In this document: piece by piece, positions 59,091 to 64,000 of the stretch
How positions within the stretch are numbered: the stretch's first letter is position 1
Layout of the letters: each line of letters opens with the position of its first letter
NCBI GenBank assembly: GCA_036611895.1
Contig: GCA_036611895.1_4766.1
Strand: one strand, 5' to 3'
DNA from: a phage
Length of the DNA: 64,000 nucleotides
The notes under the pieces: model-generated
Databases searched by the model: none
Told to the model about the DNA's origin: nothing
Seen by the model: only the letters and a program-made list of their open reading frames with translations
Position numbers and translations under genes: made by a program

Positions 59091-61037
59091 ATGGCTCAAA
59101 TTACATGGCGTAATGTTGATGCACCTAACTTCTCTGGAGTTGGTGACAGCATTCGCACATTTGGTAGCATGATTGGTAACGCCACCTCCGGCTTAAGTGA
59201 TGCACTGGGTAATTTCCAGAACGCTGCCAAGCAGGAGGCTGGCAATGCCGTCATGATGAATGCTATGCAGTATCAAGACCCTACTGAGTATCGTAATGCT
59301 TTGGCATCCGGTGCATTGTTCCAGGGGGTTGACCCTTCACTCGTAAACCAACATACCCTGCAGAATCTGGATGAGCGAGCAGGTACTCTGTTGACCCAAC
59401 AAGGTCAGCAGGGAATTAATGACTACAATGTTTATCGTTTTGGTCGTTTACAGGATAATGACTCTGCATTAGATAATGCATCTCCAGCTATTCGTTTACT
59501 GTCTGAGGCTTATCAGTCTGGCGACCAGAATCGTATTAATGCAGCATTGAGTCAGACTCGTGATGCACTGTCTGCACTTCCTGCTGACCAACAACTGGAT
59601 ATGCTGAGCCGTCTTCAAGGTCAGGGTGGTCAGGCTATTAACCAAGCACAGAACCGCTTTGATTTGGGTGTGGCTCAACGCAATGATGCGGATTCACAAG
59701 CTGCATCCGGTATATTGACGGACATTTTCCGCAGTGCTTCTACACCTATGGATGCTCTTACACTGGCAGAGTCTGCTATGAAGAATGCTTCTCCTGGTGT
59801 ACGTGCTGCAATCATGCGAGGTGTGAACCAGAGGTTCCCGGGTACTTATGCTGCATCCCCTTCTGGCTCTTCTCCAGGAACTGCTGGTACTCGTTCTGGT
59901 TCCCCTTACGATGCAACCTATACCTTTGCAGCTACTGATAAGCCTATTACTGAGATGACCCTTGGTGAGGTTACTAACCATCAGCAAACTATGATTAATA
60001 ACCCATCACAAGGTCATTCTCCTGTAGGTGCATTCCAGATTAATAAAGCTACCCTGGAAGACTATGCTCCTAAGGTGCTTGGTTCAAATTGGCGTAATCA
60101 GCAAATGACTCCTGAAGTGCAGGACAAAATAGCTGAAGCAATCTTCAATGACCGTAAGAATGGTAACCTTTCTAAGACTTGGGCTGCATTGCCTGACCTT
60201 GGTGTGGGTGGTTATAAGGACATGCCTTGGAGTGAAGCACGTCAGTTAATTGCACAGGCAGAGGTAGGTGCATCTCTTGAGCAGTTACAGACCCAACAAG
60301 TAGTTTCAAACATGGCAGGCAATACAGTTGCTGCACGTCAGTCTGAAGATAATACTGGAACCATTACTGCTAACTATGCTCGTGCATTACGTGATAACTC
60401 TACCATTGGTGAAGTAGCAGACCGTCTTCTTAAGGATGCTTTTAAAGGTTCTGAGAAAGGATGGATGATAGCTCGACTGAATGATGTTATGCAGGAATCC
60501 GGACAGTCTCCTGCTGTAGCTGCTGAGATTCTTAAGCAGTCTACTACCAACGTACCGGAAGGTATGATTAGTCGAGCACTCGATGCACTTAACCCATTTA
60601 TCTCCAATGAAGGTGGTGGTGGTATTCGCATTGATGATACCGTTGCCAGAGAACTGGCACGTTCAGTACGTCGTGGGGAAGGTATTGAAGCTACTGCTCG
60701 TGATAGTGTTCTTACTCAGGTGCAAGGTAATATTGCAAATGCCCAGAACCAGGTAACGCAAGCAGAAGCCTTACTTGCTGATACTCGCCGTCGTGTAGCT
60801 GCTGGACAAAGTGGGCTTGCTGCTACTATTCCTGCTCGTGAGGCTGAGTTAGTAAGAGCACGGGCTGCACTGGATGCTGCTGTCAATACTGTGGTAGCTA
60901 ACCAAGGAAACCTGGTTCCACAGAACTTCCGTTCTAATGCTTCAGTAGAACGTGAGCGTAGTCGTGAAGATGAAGAACGAGCTAGACGTTATCGAAAATT
61001 AGCAGAGGGTTTACCTCCCTATATGCAACCTCGATAA
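59091..61037 (+). CDS. large virion protein (possible peptidoglycan-hydrolase-like motif)
   Basis: 648 aa; SPVGAFQINKATLEDY loosely resembles the lytic-transglycosylase GxxQ motif. Confidence 0.35.
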   Translation: MAQITWRNVDAPNFSGVGDSIRTFGSMIGNATSGLSDALGNFQNAAKQEAGNAVMMNAMQYQDPTEYRNALASGALFQGVDPSLVNQHTLQNLDERAGTLLTQQGQQGINDYNVYRFGRLQDNDSALDNASPAIRLLSEAYQSGDQNRINAALSQTRDALSALPADQQLDMLSRLQGQGGQAINQAQNRFDLGVAQRNDADSQAASGILTDIFRSASTPMDALTLAESAMKNASPGVRAAIMRGVNQRFPGTYAASPSGSSPGTAGTRSGSPYDATYTFAATDKPITEMTLGEVTNHQQTMINNPSQGHSPVGAFQINKATLEDYAPKVLGSNWRNQQMTPEVQDKIAEAIFNDRKNGNLSKTWAALPDLGVGGYKDMPWSEARQLIAQAEVGASLEQLQTQQVVSNMAGNTVAARQSEDNTGTITANYARALRDNSTIGEVADRLLKDAFKGSEKGWMIARLNDVMQESGQSPAVAAEILKQSTTNVPEGMISRALDALNPFISNEGGGGIRIDDTVARELARSVRRGEGIEATARDSVLTQVQGNIANAQNQVTQAEALLADTRRRVAAGQSGLAATIPAREAELVRARAALDAAVNTVVANQGNLVPQNFRSNASVERERSREDEERARRYRKLAEGLPPYMQPR

Positions 61038-61054
61038 AATCTTACATACTAATA

Positions 61055-61079
61055 AAGCCCCATCCGGGGCTTTTCTCTT
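61055..61079 (+). terminator. rho-independent terminator
   Basis: AAGCCCC-ATCC-GGGGCTT followed by TTTCTCTT. Confidence 0.6.
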
Positions 61080-61140
61080 ACATTCACTTACTGTACAGTG
61101 AATCTTCTTATACGATATAAGTTTGAACAGGAATCATGCT

Positions 61141-64000
61141 ATGTCAACATTTGACCGTCTGGCAGGTTTCGCAGACAGCATCACTACTGCTAAGCAAGTC
61201 GATGTCTCTACTGCAACCTCTCGGAAACAAGCTGAACAAGGGCAAAGCCCTTTCCAATTAACTCCTCAGAATGCCTACCAATTACAGGCAGGACGTGCCG
61301 GTGACTTAGGTGCTGGTGCATTTGAACCAGGTTCTATTCAGGCAGATTTTACTAATGCCTCCCCCCTTGAAATCGTAAACAAGTATGGCAATGAGCAAGG
61401 AATGGACATTCTCAATGCTCGTGTCAATGCAGCTAATTCTGTTCGTCGTGATTTAACTAAGAGTCGTACTTATGGTGAAGCACTTGGTGATACCCTTTCT
61501 GGTGTTGGTCTTGGTGTTGCTAATACCCTTGGGGGCATTGCTGCTCTTGGCACAGGTTTGGTCAATGATAATGCCGGGGCAACCATTGCTTCCAGTCTTG
61601 ACTGGTTGAATAAAGGTGTACACAACCTACAGTCTGATGCACTGAATGCTCGCCGTAATGTAGTACAGAACCAGAACGTAATATCTGCACAGGAAAATGA
61701 GAAACAGTATAAGCAGGATATTGCTGAAGGAGAAAGTGAACTCGTTGCTTCCTTGTCTCGCATTGGTCGTGATGCTTACGATTCTGTCGCTAACACTTTG
61801 TCTAATGGCATGGCTGCTACAGATGGTCTGGCTGAGGGTGTTGGTTCACTGTTTACTGGTGGTCCACTTATCCGTGGTGTATCTGCACTAGGTAAGGTAA
61901 TGGTAGGTGGTGATAAAGCTGTTAAGGGCATTACCTTAGCTGCTGAATTAGGTTCACGTCCTGCACGAATTGCACAGTCTGCTGGTCGTGTTGCTGCACC
62001 TGCTATAGCAATTGGTGGTATGGAAGCTGGTGGTGCATACCAACAGACTGCTAATGAAATTATGGAAATGCCATTCAGTGAACTGGCTGCTAAATCTCCT
62101 GTATACCAACAGCATATTAAAGACGGTTTATCTACTGAAGAAGCACGACGTCAGACTGCATCTGAAACAGGTATCACTGCTGCTGGTTTAACTGCTCCAG
62201 TTGCTGCTCTTACTGCTCCACTGGTATCCAAGTTTGAACTTAATCCACTTAAGGTAGGTTCACTGGCTGGTGCTGGTTCTAACATGCTGCGAGAGACTGT
62301 AGAAGAAGGTATTCAGTCTGGTACAAGTCAGTTTGCACAGAACAAGGCAATCCAAGGTAATGTTGATGCATCTCGTGACATCCTCAAAGGTGTAGGCGAA
62401 CAAACTGGTCTTGGTGCATTGTATGGCTTTGGTTCTGCTGGAGTTGCTCAAGCTCCTGGTGCAACTGTTAAGGCTGCTGGTGCTGCCGTTGGTCCTGCTG
62501 TACGTACTACCCTGGCTGGTGCTTCTCTGGCTGGTAAGGCATTAGCAAAAGTAGCTTCTCCTATTACTAACATCCTGGTTCAACGTGGGGAAGAAGTTGC
62601 TAAGCGTAATGAACAAGCATCCCCTGTATCTGATGCTACGGTTAACGCTGCTGCACAGGAAGCTACTGCTCAGGCAGAACAAGCACAAGCAACTGTACAG
62701 GAAGCAGTAGATGCAATGGATATTTCTCCAGAAGAGAAAGCTGCTGCTACTCAGTATGCTGCTGACTTAACTCAGGTAATGAAGTTTGATCCAGTAGAAC
62801 TGGAACAAGCTAGTCCAGTAGTCCGTGAAGCTGTTTCTGGTTCCACTAACCGTGTTGAAGCTATTCAGAAGATGGCTGACCTGGTTAATACTGCTGAAGA
62901 CCCTAACGTTCAAATGGAAGCTGCAATCCAGATGTATGACAACATTATGTCTATGGATAGCTTCATTAACCGTGATCCAGGTGCATTAGCTAATCTGGAA
63001 CAGGGTTCTCCTGCTGCTAATATTGTTGATCAGTTCTCCGGTCTGATGGCTAATGTACAGAATACACCGAAGGTACTCCGTGCATTCCGTGCCATTCATT
63101 CCATGATTCAGGAACAGGCAGAAGCAGGTAAACTGAAAGCTACTGAAGAAGCTAACCAAGCCCAAGCAAACAACATTGCTATGGCTGCTGATATGTCTCC
63201 AGAAGTGCTGGACGCAGATTCAGTGAACATGGTTCTGAAACATGCAAGTGAAGGTAAGATTACATTGGGGAATCGTCAGCGTGCTGCCCTGCAATCTGCT
63301 GCTGCTCTATTGCAAGGAGCACGGGAATTTGACGCTAAAGCAGAAGAACTAGGCTTACGTCCTCAAGACATTGTTAGTAAACAGATTAAAACCGACGAAT
63401 CTCGTTCTAATGAAGGTCAGTACTCTGCGTTGCAACATGCTAAACGCATTCGTTCTGCGTACAACTCTGGTAACTTCGATTTGGCTTCCGCTTATCTCGA
63501 CGACTTTATGAAGTTCGCCCAGCACATGCAGAATAAGGTCGGAGCGTTGAATGAGCATCTGATTTCTGGGAATGCGGATAAGAATAAGTCTGTCCATTAT
63601 CAGGCTCTTACTCCCTCGCGTGAATGGGTACGTAGTCGTACTGGCCTCGGTGTCAATCCGTATGATACCAAGTCTGTTAAGTTTGCCCAACAAGTAGGAC
63701 TGGAAGCCAAGACCGTAGCTGATATTGCTAACGCACTTGCTACGGCTTACCCGGAGCTTAATGTTTCTCATGTGAAAGTTACCCCATTGGATTCACGTCT
63801 GGACAAGCCTGCTGCCCAGGTAGTTAAAGAGTTCCGTCAGGGCAATCTTGATGCTGCTCAATCCCAACAGACCAATGAACCAGTGAATCAGGTTGATGAA
63901 ACTCCTGTTACAAAACAGGAACCAGTTACCCCTACTGTACAGACTAAACCCTCTGTTAGTGAAGCTGTTAAAACAGAACCCACTATTAAAGAGTCTAAAC
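61141..64000 (+). CDS. giant virion protein, 5' part only (candidate virion RNA polymerase)
   Basis: Frame opening at ATG 61141 stays open by manual translation through the window end (more than 950 codons); Ala/Gly/Gln-rich; N4-like position after the internal virion proteins. Confidence 0.45.
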   Translation, partial: MSTFDRLAGFADSITTAKQVDVSTATSRKQAEQGQSPFQLTPQNAYQLQAGRAGDLGAGAFEPGSIQADFTNASPLEIVNKYGNEQGMDILNARVNAANSVRRDLTKSRTYGEALGDTLSGVGLGVANTLGGIAALGTGLVNDNAGATIASSLDWLNKGVHNLQSDALNARRNVVQNQNVISAQENEKQYKQDIAEGESELVASLSRIGRDAYDSVANTLSNGMAATDGLAEGVGSLFTGGPLIRGVSALGKVMVGGDKAVKGITLAAELGSRPARIAQSAGRVAAPAIAIGGMEAGGAYQQTANEIMEMPFSELAAKSPVYQQHIKDGLSTEEARRQTASETGITAAGLTAPVAALTAPLVSKFELNPLKVGSLAGAGSNMLRETVEEGIQSGTSQFAQNKAIQGNVDASRDILKGVGEQTGLGALYGFGSAGVAQAPGATVKAAGAAVGPAVRTTLAGASLAGKALAKVASPITNILVQRGEEVAKRNEQASPVSDATVNAAAQEATAQAEQAQATVQEAVDAMDISPEEKAAATQYAADLTQVMKFDPVELEQASPVVREAVSGSTNRVEAIQKMADLVNTAEDPNVQMEAAIQMYDNIMSMDSFINRDPGALANLEQGSPAANIVDQFSGLMANVQNTPKVLRAFRAIHSMIQEQAEAGKLKATEEANQAQANNIAMAADMSPEVLDADSVNMVLKHASEGKITLGNRQRAALQSAAALLQGAREFDAKAEELGLRPQDIVSKQIKTDESRSNEGQYSALQHAKRIRSAYNSGNFDLASAYLDDFMKFAQHMQNKVGALNEHLISGNADKNKSVHYQALTPSREWVRSRTGLGVNPYDTKSVKFAQQVGLEAKTVADIANALATAYPELNVSHVKVTPLDSRLDKPAAQVVKEFRQGNLDAAQSQQTNEPVNQVDETPVTKQEPVTPTVQTKPSVSEAVKTEPTIKESK

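Noticed and set aside
1-64000. Temperate lifestyle or prophage (integrase, repressor, att sites)
   Set aside because: No tyrosine or serine recombinase, CI-like repressor or excisionase motif was seen; gene content is that of a lytic N4-like phage

Overview
The window reads as a near-complete genome of an N4-like (Schitoviridae-type) lytic podophage; this is inferred from gene content and order, not from any database search. Positions 99-39366 are almost entirely minus-strand: a tRNA-like cluster, then replication and nucleotide-metabolism genes (RuvC-like resolvase, SSB-like, AAA ATPase, primase, HNH homing endonuclease, PD-(D/E)XK nuclease, family-A DNA polymerase, SF1 helicase, rIIA/rIIB-like, ThyX, dCTP deaminase, MoxR AAA+/vWA pair), a split T7-like RNA polymerase (two ORFs, RNAPII-like), and many small early ORFs including a tandem paralog array at 37184-39366. 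Positions 39538-64000 are plus-strand late genes: terminase, two tail spike/fibre proteins, a lysis cassette (holin-like, GH108 endolysin, i-spanin with embedded o-spanin), portal, scaffold-like, major capsid, large virion proteins, and the 5' part of a giant ORF (61141 to window end) consistent with a virion RNA polymerase. No integrase, repressor or CRISPR array was seen. CDS coordinates mostly follow the supplied ORF track (longest ORF), so true starts may be shorter. The most unusual observations are the paralog array, three tRNA-like genes whose anticodon loops look non-canonical by eye, and paired inverted-repeat units inside the tRNA region.
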